Below, in pieces: positions 9,385-18,087 of a stretch of DNA of 24,378 nucleotides; within the stretch, counting starts at the first letter, position 1; each line of letters begins with the position of its first letter. The notes beneath the pieces were generated by a model. It saw only the letters and a list, made by a program, of their open reading frames with translations. It made no database searches and was not told the origin of the DNA. Source of the DNA: Candidatus Iainarchaeum sp. (lineage in GTDB: Archaea; Iainarchaeota; Iainarchaeia; Iainarchaeales; GCA-2688035); the NCBI GenBank assembly GCA_017610175.1, contig JAFCCO010000021.1, positions 1 through 24,378 on the forward strand, given 5' to 3'. The translations under genes and the position numbers were made by a program.

Positions 9385-10673
9385 GTTTCAGGGAACACAT
9401 TGAAAAAATTGAAATTAACACCGTAAAGAAAGCGGTTTCAAAAAAACTGGAGGCAAGCGCAGTAATCAACGAGCTCGTTGACAAGCCTGTTCTCTTTGAA
9501 AAAATAAGCGAATCAGAATTCAGGGTTGCGGGAAACATCTTCCCAACCAAACAGGCAGTGGCAGATTACCTGGGCTGCAAGGTAAGTGAGTTAATCCCCA
9601 CCATAAGCAATGCAATAGAAAACCCAAGCAAGCCGGAAGTCGTTGAAAACGCACCATGCCAGGAAGTTGAAATGGACGAGATTGACCTGGACAAGATCCC
9701 AATCCTATTCCACTGTGAAGAGGACGGAGGAAATTATATTTCAAGCGGAGTGGTTGTGGCAAAGCACCCGGAACACGGGCAAAACCTTGATTTCCACCGC
9801 AGCATGCAGATTGGAAAAGACAAGTTCTCAATAAGAATTGTGAAAAAAAGAAACTTTGACACATTCCTCCAGGATCTGAAGGAAATGCCAATTGCAATAT
9901 GCATTGGGAATGGGGCAAACGTTTTGGTTGCTGCGGCAACATCTGTTGAAATAGGGCAGAATGAACTTGAAATTGCAAACACACTTGAGCCGCTTAAGGT
10001 TGTAAAGGCAAAAACATTTGATGCGTACATTCCGGCGGAATGCGAATTTGTTATAGAGGGAACAATTTCACTTGAGGAAAAAGCAGATGAAGGGCCGTTT
10101 GTTGACCTAACAGAAACAAGGGATGTTGTAAGGCAGGAGCCGGTTTTCACGGTAAAGAAAATAACCCACCGAAAAAATGCAATCTGGCAGGCTTTGCTTC
10201 CGGGAAAATTCGAGCACAAGGTATTGATGGGAATGCCGCGAGAGCCGACAATTTTTAAGAAAGTAAACGAAGCAGGGGTAAAATGCATTGATGTCAACGT
10301 AAACGCAGGAGGCTGCAGCTGGCTTCACGCAAGAATAAAGATTGACAAGCAGTCGGAGGAAGACGGCAAGAAAGCCATCCAAGCAGGGTTTGAGGGCCAC
10401 AAGAGCTGCAAGCACTTCTTTGTGGTGGACAAGGACATAGACATTTATGATTCAGACTCGGTTGAATGGGCAATGGCAACAAGGTTCCAGGGAGACAAGG
10501 ATCTTATTATGAAAGACAAGGAATCAGGCAGTAGCCTTGACCCAAGCGCAGAGCCGGGCACAAAAATGACCACAAAAATAGGATTCGACTGCACCGCTCC
10601 TTTGGAAGCAAAGGGCAAAAACTTTGGAAAAGCGGAGTTCCCGAAAGCGGACCTGAAAAAATACTTGGAGTGA
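9381..10673 (+). CDS. UbiD-family prFMN decarboxylase, probable trans-anhydromevalonate 5-phosphate decarboxylase
   Basis: FHRSM, AECEFVIEG, EGPFVD, EH..LMG, VD.DIDI, WAMATRFQ and SSLDPS motifs. Sits in the MVA cluster next to AcnX. ATGA overlap with ubiX. Confidence 0.9.
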   Translation: MSFREHIEKIEINTVKKAVSKKLEASAVINELVDKPVLFEKISESEFRVAGNIFPTKQAVADYLGCKVSELIPTISNAIENPSKPEVVENAPCQEVEMDEIDLDKIPILFHCEEDGGNYISSGVVVAKHPEHGQNLDFHRSMQIGKDKFSIRIVKKRNFDTFLQDLKEMPIAICIGNGANVLVAAATSVEIGQNELEIANTLEPLKVVKAKTFDAYIPAECEFVIEGTISLEEKADEGPFVDLTETRDVVRQEPVFTVKKITHRKNAIWQALLPGKFEHKVLMGMPREPTIFKKVNEAGVKCIDVNVNAGGCSWLHARIKIDKQSEEDGKKAIQAGFEGHKSCKHFFVVDKDIDIYDSDSVEWAMATRFQGDKDLIMKDKESGSSLDPSAEPGTKMTTKIGFDCTAPLEAKGKNFGKAEFPKADLKKYLE

Positions 10674-10677
10674 GAAC

Positions 10678-11850
10678 ATGAAGCTAACACAAAAAGAACA
10701 GGAAATGTTTGAAGGCAAGCATGGAATTGCCACAAAGAAGAGTATGGAAATCCTTGTTGCATTGGGGGAAATCTTTGGTGCGGAAAGGCTTGTGCCGGTC
10801 ACAAGCGTTCAGGTTTCAGGCGTAAGCTATGCAAATTTGGGCGATGCAGGGCTTGAGTATCTGGAGGAAATGGCAAAGGATGGCAAGGTAAAGGTTTACA
10901 CAACATTGAATCCTGCTGGGATGGACACAGAGAACTGGCAAGCTCTTGGGATTTCGCCGGAATTTGCTGAAAAGCAGAAAAAAGTGATTGAAGCGTTTGC
11001 AAAAATGGGCATTCACACAACCTGCACCTGCACACCGTACTATATTGGAAACAGGCCAAAGAAAGGCGAAAACATTTCATGGGGTGAGAGTTCTGCGGTA
11101 ACATTCGCAAATTCTGTGCTTGGCGCAAAAACAAATAAGGAAGGAGGCCCAAGCGCACTTGCTGCAGCACTCACAGGCAGAACCCCAGAATACGGGCTGC
11201 ACCTTGACGAGAACAGGCAGGCGCAGGTTTTGGTAGAGGTAAATGCAGAAATGAAAGACGAAACAGACTTTGGCGCACTTGGTTACTTGATTGGAAAAAG
11301 AATTGGAAACAAGATTCCGCTAATCATAGGAATAAAGGAAACAACAGAGGACAGGCTTAAAGCATTGAGCGCGTCGCTTCCAAGTTGGGGCGGCACGGCA
11401 ATCTTTCACATTAAAGGAATAACACCAAACGAAACAACAGAACCGAGCGAAAGAATAGAGCTCAAACAAGAAGACTTTGAAAAGGCAAAACAGGAAATGA
11501 ACGACGAGTGCGAAGTCGACTTTGTACTGCTTGGATGCCCACACTGCTCAATGGACGAACTGGAAAGAATTTCCAAACTACTCAAAGGAAAGAAAGTGAA
11601 GAAAGAGTTTTGGGTTGCAGTAGCAAGACCGGTGAAAAAACAGGCAGAAAAAAAGGGCTATGTGAAAACAATTGAGGAAGCAGGGGCAAAGTTTGCATGC
11701 GACACCTGCCACGTGGTAGCGCCACTGAAAGGACGGTTCAACTGCGTGATGACAAACAGTGCAAAAGGTGTTTTCTATGGGAGAGGCAAAAACAACTTCA
11801 AAATGCAGCTGAACACACTGGAAGGGTGCGTCGAAGAGGCAACAAGGTGA
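10678..11850 (+). CDS. Aconitase X large subunit = phosphomevalonate dehydratase large subunit (DUF521)
   Basis: SGVSY, TLNP, TCTCTPY, WGESSA, GCPH, DTC and TNSAK motifs, including three candidate Fe-S Cys ligands. Confidence 0.92.
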   Translation: MKLTQKEQEMFEGKHGIATKKSMEILVALGEIFGAERLVPVTSVQVSGVSYANLGDAGLEYLEEMAKDGKVKVYTTLNPAGMDTENWQALGISPEFAEKQKKVIEAFAKMGIHTTCTCTPYYIGNRPKKGENISWGESSAVTFANSVLGAKTNKEGGPSALAAALTGRTPEYGLHLDENRQAQVLVEVNAEMKDETDFGALGYLIGKRIGNKIPLIIGIKETTEDRLKALSASLPSWGGTAIFHIKGITPNETTEPSERIELKQEDFEKAKQEMNDECEVDFVLLGCPHCSMDELERISKLLKGKKVKKEFWVAVARPVKKQAEKKGYVKTIEEAGAKFACDTCHVVAPLKGRFNCVMTNSAKGVFYGRGKNNFKMQLNTLEGCVEEATR

Positions 11851-11855
11851 TGTAA

Positions 11856-12245
11856 ATGGAGCTAAATGGAAGAAAAATTTTTGGCGGAACAGCAAAGGGA
11901 GAAGCTTTAGTGACAGAGGAAGGAATTTCCTTCTATGGCGGAGTTGACGCAGAAACCGGGATTGTGACACAAAAAGGACACCCCTTAGAGGGAAAAAATG
12001 TTGCAGGCAAAGTGCTTGTGTTCCCACAGGGAACAGGTTCAACAGTCGGAAGCTATGTGCTCTACAATTTGAAAAAAAACGGGAAGGCACCGCTTGCAAT
12101 AATCAACAAGGAATGCGAAACCATTGTTGCAGTTGGATGCATAATATCTGAAATCCCCTGCGTGGACAAAATTGAAATTGAAAAAATCAAGACAGGGCAA
12201 ACAGTTTCAGTTGACGCGGAAAACGCAAGCGTAAAAGTTGAGTGA
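11856..12245 (+). CDS. Aconitase X small (swiveling) subunit = phosphomevalonate dehydratase small subunit (DUF126)
   Basis: ISFYGGVD..TG, HPL.G, GSTVGSY (catalytic Ser) and APLAII motifs. Confidence 0.92.
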   Translation: MELNGRKIFGGTAKGEALVTEEGISFYGGVDAETGIVTQKGHPLEGKNVAGKVLVFPQGTGSTVGSYVLYNLKKNGKAPLAIINKECETIVAVGCIISEIPCVDKIEIEKIKTGQTVSVDAENASVKVE

Positions 12246-12252
12246 GAATCCA

Positions 12253-12888
12253 ATGGTTAAGGCCCTGATTTTTGATTACAACCAGGTAATCGCAGACGAC
12301 TTTGAACTGCACTCAAAGGCATACAAGCTTGTTTTCTCAAGGCACGGCGTCGAAGTGCATGACAGCGACCTAATTGAACTAACTGCAAAAATAAACAGGG
12401 AAAAGGTTGCAATTCTTGCAGAGCGGTACAATGTAAAAACTGACCCAAAAATTCTTGCGGCAGAGAAAGAAGACGCATACGTTGAACTGCTTGACGGAAA
12501 GGACTTCATTTATCCTGGGGTAGAGGACACTATTGAAAAATTACACAAAAAATACATTCTCGGTATTGTGACCGGCACAACAAAAAAACAGTTTTTAATA
12601 TCGGACAAACTGGCCGCACAATTTCAGGTGAAAGTGCTTGTGGGCGATTACGAAAAACCAAAGCCAAATCCTGAGGGCCTGTTAAAATGCATCAAAAGCC
12701 TTGGGCTTGAATCAAATGAGTGCGCATACATTGGGGATGCCGTAACAGATATTGAGGCCGCAAGAAACGCAGGCTGCAAAATAGCAATCGGTGTCGCAAC
12801 CGGAAACACAAGTTTTGAGAGGCTGGAAGAGGCCGGCGCAGACTTTGTGATAAACAGCTTAAAAGAACTTTTAGAACTTAATTTGTAG
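12253..12888 (+). CDS. HAD-superfamily phosphatase (subfamily IA-like, motif I DxN variant)
   Basis: LIFDYNQV (motif I), GIVT (II), KPKPNPE (III) and IGDAVTD (IV). Start is ATG 12253 (GTG 12238 also possible). Confidence 0.85.
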   Translation: MVKALIFDYNQVIADDFELHSKAYKLVFSRHGVEVHDSDLIELTAKINREKVAILAERYNVKTDPKILAAEKEDAYVELLDGKDFIYPGVEDTIEKLHKKYILGIVTGTTKKQFLISDKLAAQFQVKVLVGDYEKPKPNPEGLLKCIKSLGLESNECAYIGDAVTDIEAARNAGCKIAIGVATGNTSFERLEEAGADFVINSLKELLELNL

Positions 12889-12896
12889 GGAAAAAC

Positions 12897-13697
12897 ATGC
12901 CTGACTTATACATAATTAAGCTGGGTGGCTCTGCCATCACCGAAAAAGAGGGGAACAAATTCGAGGTAAAGCGCGAACTGCTTGCCAGAATTGCTGTAGA
13001 AATCAAAACAGCAATGGACGAAGACGGTTTCTCCCTCATTATTGTGCACGGAGCAGGTCCGTTCGGTCACACAAACGTTGTAGAATATGGCATAAACAAC
13101 GGAGTGCACTCCGACAGGCAAAAAGAGGGCTTGGCAAAAACAATCAAGGACTGCAACTTTCTGGACTCAATTGTTGTTGATGAACTCAAAAAACCAGGCA
13201 TTGAAGCAATGCCCTTTGACCCAAACCAAATTGTTGAACAGGACAACAAAAAAATAAAGCAATTCGGCACAAAAGGAATTGAAAGTGCAATACAGCAAGG
13301 GCAAGTTCCTGTCCTCTTTGGGCAGATGGTTCCTGACAAAAGCCTCAACGCAAGCGTCGTAAGCGGGGACACAATAATTTCCTATCTTGCAAAAAAACTA
13401 AATGCAAAAAAAGTTTTTCTGGGAGCGGACGTTGCAGGAATCTACAGCGCAGACCCAAAAAAGGACCCCAAAGCAGAGCGCATTGAAGTGATCAATGAGG
13501 AAAACTTTGACTCAGTACTTGAAAAGGTCGGCGAAGCAAGCACAGTGGACGTAACCGGCGGAATGAAGGGAAAACTCCTGAACCTAAGGGAGCAGCTGCA
13601 CGGAACAACGGCAGTAATTTTTGACGCAAACGAATGGGGCGTTTTCTACAAAGCACTTAAGGGAGACAAAGTCAACGGGACCAAAATAATTCTGTGA
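12897..13697 (+). CDS. ipk: Isopentenyl phosphate kinase
   Basis: IKLGGSAIT, VHGAGPFGH (signature His), SGD and DVTGGM..K motifs. Confidence 0.92.
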   Translation: MPDLYIIKLGGSAITEKEGNKFEVKRELLARIAVEIKTAMDEDGFSLIIVHGAGPFGHTNVVEYGINNGVHSDRQKEGLAKTIKDCNFLDSIVVDELKKPGIEAMPFDPNQIVEQDNKKIKQFGTKGIESAIQQGQVPVLFGQMVPDKSLNASVVSGDTIISYLAKKLNAKKVFLGADVAGIYSADPKKDPKAERIEVINEENFDSVLEKVGEASTVDVTGGMKGKLLNLREQLHGTTAVIFDANEWGVFYKALKGDKVNGTKIIL

Positions 13698-13750
13698 ACG
13701 ACACAGGATTTAAATTCACTAACAAACATGATTTAACCGAGGAAATTCCA

Positions 13751-14764
13751 ATGGGAAAAATTGAAAACAGGAAATTAGAGCATCTGGACATTTCGCTCAA
13801 CAAGAACGTGCAGTTCAGGGAAAAGACAACAGGCTTTGAAAAAATTGCGTTCAAGGGGATAGATCTTGAATACAAAGCCCTCCCTGAAATGGACAAGGGA
13901 GAGGTAAATCTCGAAACAGAGTTCCTTGGAAAAAAATTCAAGTCCCCCCTAATGGTTGAGGCAATAACAGGCGGGGCAAAAGAGGCGGGCAAAATAAACA
14001 AGGACATTGCAAAAGCCTGCGAAGCACTCGGAATCGGAATGGGCCTCGGAAGCCAGCGTGCGATGATTGAAAAACCGGAACTCTCGGAAACCTACGTAGT
14101 TCGCGATGTCGCCCCAACAATTTTCCTCGCGGGAAACATCGGTGTAACCGAACTGGGAAAAATTCCCGCTTCGCAAATAGCGGAAGCGCTTGAAAAGGTT
14201 GGGGCTGACGCGCTCGCAGTTCACATAAATGCGGCGCAGGCGGCAATGCAGCCTGAAAAGGAAACAGACTTTTCAGGGCGGGTTGCGGAAATTAAAAAGC
14301 TTGTAAAGGAAATCAAAAAGCCTGTTTACGTAAAAGAGGTTGGACACGGAATAAACCTTGAAACAGCAAAGGCACTTGCAAAAACAGGAATCAAGGCGAT
14401 AGATGTTGCCGGCGCAGGCGGAACAAGCTGGACGGCAATTGACTCATTTCGCGGCAACAAGAATTTGGGCGAAACATTCCGGGACATTGGGATCCCTACC
14501 TCTCAAAGCATAGTTGAGTGCAGAAAAGCATTTAACGGCCAAATTATTGCATCAGGAGGCATCAGAAACGGCTTGGATTGCGCAAAAGCCCTTGCATTGG
14601 GTGCGGACATATGCGGAATTGCCCTCCCTGTTCTAAAGGCCCAGCAAAGCGGCGGAAGCAAAGCCGTGCAAAAATACCTTGAAAGAATAACCGAAGAGCT
14701 CAGGATAGCAATGTTTCTTGCTGGTGCAAAAACCATCGGGCAACTGAAGGGAAAGGTGCGCTAA
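13751..14764 (+). CDS. fni: Type 2 isopentenyl-diphosphate isomerase (FMN-dependent)
   Basis: RKLEHL, AITGG, GSQRA, HIN..Q..QPE, VKEVG.G, GAGGTSW and SGGIRNG motifs. Probable start is ATG 13751. Confidence 0.95.
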   Translation: MGKIENRKLEHLDISLNKNVQFREKTTGFEKIAFKGIDLEYKALPEMDKGEVNLETEFLGKKFKSPLMVEAITGGAKEAGKINKDIAKACEALGIGMGLGSQRAMIEKPELSETYVVRDVAPTIFLAGNIGVTELGKIPASQIAEALEKVGADALAVHINAAQAAMQPEKETDFSGRVAEIKKLVKEIKKPVYVKEVGHGINLETAKALAKTGIKAIDVAGAGGTSWTAIDSFRGNKNLGETFRDIGIPTSQSIVECRKAFNGQIIASGGIRNGLDCAKALALGADICGIALPVLKAQQSGGSKAVQKYLERITEELRIAMFLAGAKTIGQLKGKVR

Positions 14765-15541
14765 CTACTTTAGCAAATTCCTTGCTTTGAAAACCCCAAT
14801 CCCCGAGTTTTCGGCAAGTTCAACAACCCTCTTTTTCTCTCCCTTAAGTCCCTTCCAGTCGAGAATGATTGCCTCAGGCTTGGGGTTAGTGGAAGTGAGG
14901 CTCTTCCCCAAAAGCTTTTCATTAAAGTTCTCCAAAGCGTAAAGCGGGCAAATATGCCCCAAAGCCCACTCAGTTCTCAGAACAAGCTTTGTAAATTCAG
15001 GGCAGTAATGCCCCCCACCGACCGCAATCGCGCTCTTAAAATTACCCTCAAGGCTTGTGCACTCAATAATTGTGTTGGCAACGGCATTAGCGGCAGTGCG
15101 GTCCTTCCACTGTTCCTTGCAACTACCCAATTCAATGAAAACAGCCGGTTTTGTTAGAAAAGGCCCATGATGGGAACATTCGAGAGCAACGCTGTAGTCA
15201 AGGTTTAATGCATCCCTTTGCTTTTCAAGCCCGAGCAGGTAATTCTTTATCAGGAAAGAGTTTGTGGGCACAAGCTCCTTTTCTTTTCCGCCCAGCTCAG
15301 CCTTTCCCCAGTTTCCGGGGGCATGAACCGTAAGAGTCGGTTTCTCGGAAGCGCTTTTGTGCATTGAGGCAAACACAAAAAAGTCAGCAGAAACATCTTC
15401 TACATAATTAGCAAAGCATTGGTTATCCTCAATAAAATGCAATTCCATGTTGCTCGGAAGCTTCCCCTCAAGAAATGAAGCAATATTCATTCCTGCAGAG
15501 TCCTCTCTTGAAACAACCACTGCAAACGCTTTTTTGGGCAC
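14765..15541 (-). CDS. dtdA: D-aminoacyl-tRNA deacylase (archaeal DtdA/GEK1 family)
   Basis: FAS.H.S, LTVHAPGN, ECSHHGP, FIELGS and GGGHY motifs. Abuts the fni stop with no gap. Confidence 0.92.
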   Translation of the reverse strand: MPKKAFAVVVSREDSAGMNIASFLEGKLPSNMELHFIEDNQCFANYVEDVSADFFVFASMHKSASEKPTLTVHAPGNWGKAELGGKEKELVPTNSFLIKNYLLGLEKQRDALNLDYSVALECSHHGPFLTKPAVFIELGSCKEQWKDRTAANAVANTIIECTSLEGNFKSAIAVGGGHYCPEFTKLVLRTEWALGHICPLYALENFNEKLLGKSLTSTNPKPEAIILDWKGLKGEKKRVVELAENSGIGVFKARNLLK

Positions 15542-15565
15542 GAAACGATTATTGCACTAATAATG

Positions 15566-15573
15566 TTTTAAAT
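15566..15573. promoter_or_regulatory. Palindromic TATA element centred between divergent dtdA and the nagB fusion
   Basis: TTTTAAAT lies about 25 bp from GTG 15541 (-) and about 28 bp from ATG 15601 (+). Confidence 0.5.
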
Positions 15574-15600
15574 GGGTCGCCCCTATTTAGATGGTTTTCT

Positions 15601-17055
15601 ATGGGCGTTGTTGTTGCAGGAAATCAGGACATTGCAAGCAGGCATGTTGCCGACATAATTTTCAACCAGCTTAAATCCAAACAAAACTCGGTTTTTCTCC
15701 TCCCAACAGGAAGCACCCCCTTAAAGCTGTACAGTGTTCTCATCGACATGGTGCAGGCGGAAAAAATAAGTTTTGCAAAGGCTGCCACATTTAACCTTGA
15801 CGAATACATCGGAATTGGAAAGGGGCACGGGCAGAGTTACCACCGGTTTATGTGGCACAATTTTTTCGGCAAAGTGAACATAAACAGGAAAAATGTTTCA
15901 ATTCCGGAATCAAAGCCGAAGGACGCGGAGAAATTCTGCAAAGCATACGAGAAAAAAATCAGGAAAACCGGGCTGGACATCGCGGTTCTGGGAATCGGTG
16001 AAAACGGGCACATTGGCTTTAACGAGCCGGGGACAAAATTCAGTTCGGAAACCCACGTGGCAGAACTCTCAAAATCAACAATCAATGCAAACAGCAGGTT
16101 GTTCAAATCAAAAAAAGATGTTCCAAGGCAGGCAATTACAGCCGGCCTGAAAACGATTATGCAGGCAAAGAGGATAATAGTGCTCGCATTCGGCAAAAAA
16201 AAAGCAAAAGCTGTGAAGCTTGCGATTGAGGGGCGGGTTTCGGAAAAGGTTCCGGCATCAGTCCTTCAAAAGCATAAGGATGTGGTGTTTGTTTTGGATG
16301 AGGAAGCGGCGTCCCTTTTGAAAAAAACAAGGCTGCAGGCCCCGTCAATTGCGGGCATAACAATATATTCTGATTTCAACCTGCCAAAGGGAAAGAACAT
16401 AGCGTTCTTTTCGCCGCACCCAGATGACGCCGCAATCTCGGCGGGCGCAATTATTTCAAAGCTTGCCAAAAAAAACAAGGTTTACGAAATAGTCATGACA
16501 ACAGGCCACAGGGCAATCGATTCAAACAGAACACTCCCCCAAAAAATAAAAGAAAGGGAGAGAGAAACAAGGGGCGAAGCTAGGGTGCTTGGAACAAGTC
16601 CCATATTCTTAAGATGCAGGTTTTACGACAGGGAAAACGAAATACTGGAGGCAGACATAAGGAAAACCCGCGCACTAATGCGTTCAATCAAGTCGGACAT
16701 TGTTTTTGTTCCGCAAAAAGGCGACAAGCACCCAACACATATTGCCTCAAGAAAAATGGCTTTGGCTTCAGTGCCCCACAAAGTGGAACTCTGGTCCTAC
16801 GAAACGCCGTGGGCATTGTTCGGGCACAAGAAATTCAACGCGGCATTTGAATTCGGCGAAAAGGAAATGAAAAGGAAGCTGAATGCCGTAAAAAAGCACA
16901 AAAGCCAGACTGAAAGAACAAACTTTGACAGGGCCGCAAAAACAATTGCGGAATTCAGGCAGGTAACAATCGCCGAACAGATTTTTTCACAGCTTGGAAA
17001 AAAACCGCTTGAAACAAAACCATACCTCGAGCTTTTTAACATAACAAAATGGTGA
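15601..17055 (+). CDS. nagB: Glucosamine-6-phosphate deaminase fused to a PIG-L/LmbE-family N-deacetylase
   Basis: N-domain has LPTGSTP, FNLDEY, LGIGENGHIGFNEPG and PAS.LQ.H. C-domain has FSPHPDD, R..E...E, HPTH, YETPW and HKSQ. Start is ATG 15601. Confidence 0.9.
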   Translation: MGVVVAGNQDIASRHVADIIFNQLKSKQNSVFLLPTGSTPLKLYSVLIDMVQAEKISFAKAATFNLDEYIGIGKGHGQSYHRFMWHNFFGKVNINRKNVSIPESKPKDAEKFCKAYEKKIRKTGLDIAVLGIGENGHIGFNEPGTKFSSETHVAELSKSTINANSRLFKSKKDVPRQAITAGLKTIMQAKRIIVLAFGKKKAKAVKLAIEGRVSEKVPASVLQKHKDVVFVLDEEAASLLKKTRLQAPSIAGITIYSDFNLPKGKNIAFFSPHPDDAAISAGAIISKLAKKNKVYEIVMTTGHRAIDSNRTLPQKIKERERETRGEARVLGTSPIFLRCRFYDRENEILEADIRKTRALMRSIKSDIVFVPQKGDKHPTHIASRKMALASVPHKVELWSYETPWALFGHKKFNAAFEFGEKEMKRKLNAVKKHKSQTERTNFDRAAKTIAEFRQVTIAEQIFSQLGKKPLETKPYLELFNITKW

Positions 17056-17128
17056 GTTTCCAACGCGGCCGCAGTCTAACTTGTACTGTGGAGAAATGTT
17101 TAAATAAAACCTTTTACAATTCCTTTCA

Positions 17129-18085
17129 ATGAGAACGGAAACAAAGGCATTGATTCTTTTACTTTTGCTGCCGCCCTTAACCGGCGAGCTTCTTTCAGCC
17201 TCACTTCCGCCGCTTGAATTTCTAAACCCAATCTCAATATTTTTCACAGTCTTAATTTACGGCTGCGGGACCCTGCTGATTCGCGAGGCAAAGGCAAGGT
17301 GGAGAATGCAGTGGTCTGTAATTCTTCTTGCAATGGCCTACGGGATTCTGGAGGAGGGATTGATGGTTAAGTCTTTCTTCAACCCCTGCTGGATAGACAT
17401 GGGTTCTCTCTCAGGTTACGCAATGTTTCTTGGGACGCAGTGGCCTTGGGTAATCTTTTTAATAATTTTCCACGCAACAGTAAGCACACTAATCCCGCTA
17501 ACAATTGTTGCAATGCTTTTTCCGCAGCTTGAAAACAAGCCCCTTCTCGGGAAGAAAGGAACGGCGCTTGCGCTTGCGGCAGTTGCATTTGTGACCATTC
17601 TCGGAATGGCTGTATTTGGAAGCGCTGGCTCAGACCAACCATTCTTCCCCAATCCGCTTCTTTTAATTGCCAGCTTCATCGCAGTCGCAGTTCTTTCATG
17701 GCTTGCAATAAAGTTCAGCGCAAGCAGGATAACTTCAACCGGAAAACTTCTCCCCCCAATTGCCTTTGGATTGTTTGCGTTTGCATTTCAAATGGTTAAT
17801 TTACTTCTCCCCAACCAGTTTGCGCAAGCAGGAATCAATCCAATTGCAACAATTCTTTCACAGCTCGCAATTGCGGCAGCCGGAATTGCTTTTGCATATT
17901 CCCAGCTTCTCAACAAGGGAGCGACAAAAAAGCACCTAACGGCATTTGTCTTTGGAACAATTCTCTTCTATGCAATAATTTTCGACCCAATTGTGGACCT
18001 TTCAGGCGTTCCCTTTATGCTTGCAACAGGCCTTACTGCGCTTGCGCTCTCAATTGTTTGGAGAAACCGTGTTCTCAAAAGCTGA
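17129..18085 (+). CDS. Polytopic membrane protein of unknown function
   Basis: About 9-10 TM segments with conserved-looking P..GELLS, YG.G.LLIRE, YGILEEGL..KSFFNP and FH..VS. TTTAAATA lies at 17099-17106 upstream. Confidence 0.8.
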   Translation: MRTETKALILLLLLPPLTGELLSASLPPLEFLNPISIFFTVLIYGCGTLLIREAKARWRMQWSVILLAMAYGILEEGLMVKSFFNPCWIDMGSLSGYAMFLGTQWPWVIFLIIFHATVSTLIPLTIVAMLFPQLENKPLLGKKGTALALAAVAFVTILGMAVFGSAGSDQPFFPNPLLLIASFIAVAVLSWLAIKFSASRITSTGKLLPPIAFGLFAFAFQMVNLLLPNQFAQAGINPIATILSQLAIAAAGIAFAYSQLLNKGATKKHLTAFVFGTILFYAIIFDPIVDLSGVPFMLATGLTALALSIVWRNRVLKS

Positions 18086-18087
18086 AT

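Noticed and set aside
8830-10673. UbiX/UbiD as ubiquinone or aromatic-acid decarboxylase
   Set aside because: The context between mvk, AcnX and ipk points to anhydromevalonate phosphate decarboxylase.
12904-12915. ACTTATACATAA inside ipk (also CTTCTACATAA at 15396 in dtdA and TACATAA near 5676 in HMGS)
   Set aside because: These lie in conserved coding sequence (e.g. D-L-Y-I-I). A few chance coding hits are expected, so they are not counted as sites. They do show the motif needs a formal enrichment test.
17034-17044. TTTTAACATAA, 10/11 match to the reverse complement of the E. coli XerD arm, near the end of nagB
   Set aside because: It is inside the CDS, has no partner arm and lacks the TACATAA core. 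Left unassigned.
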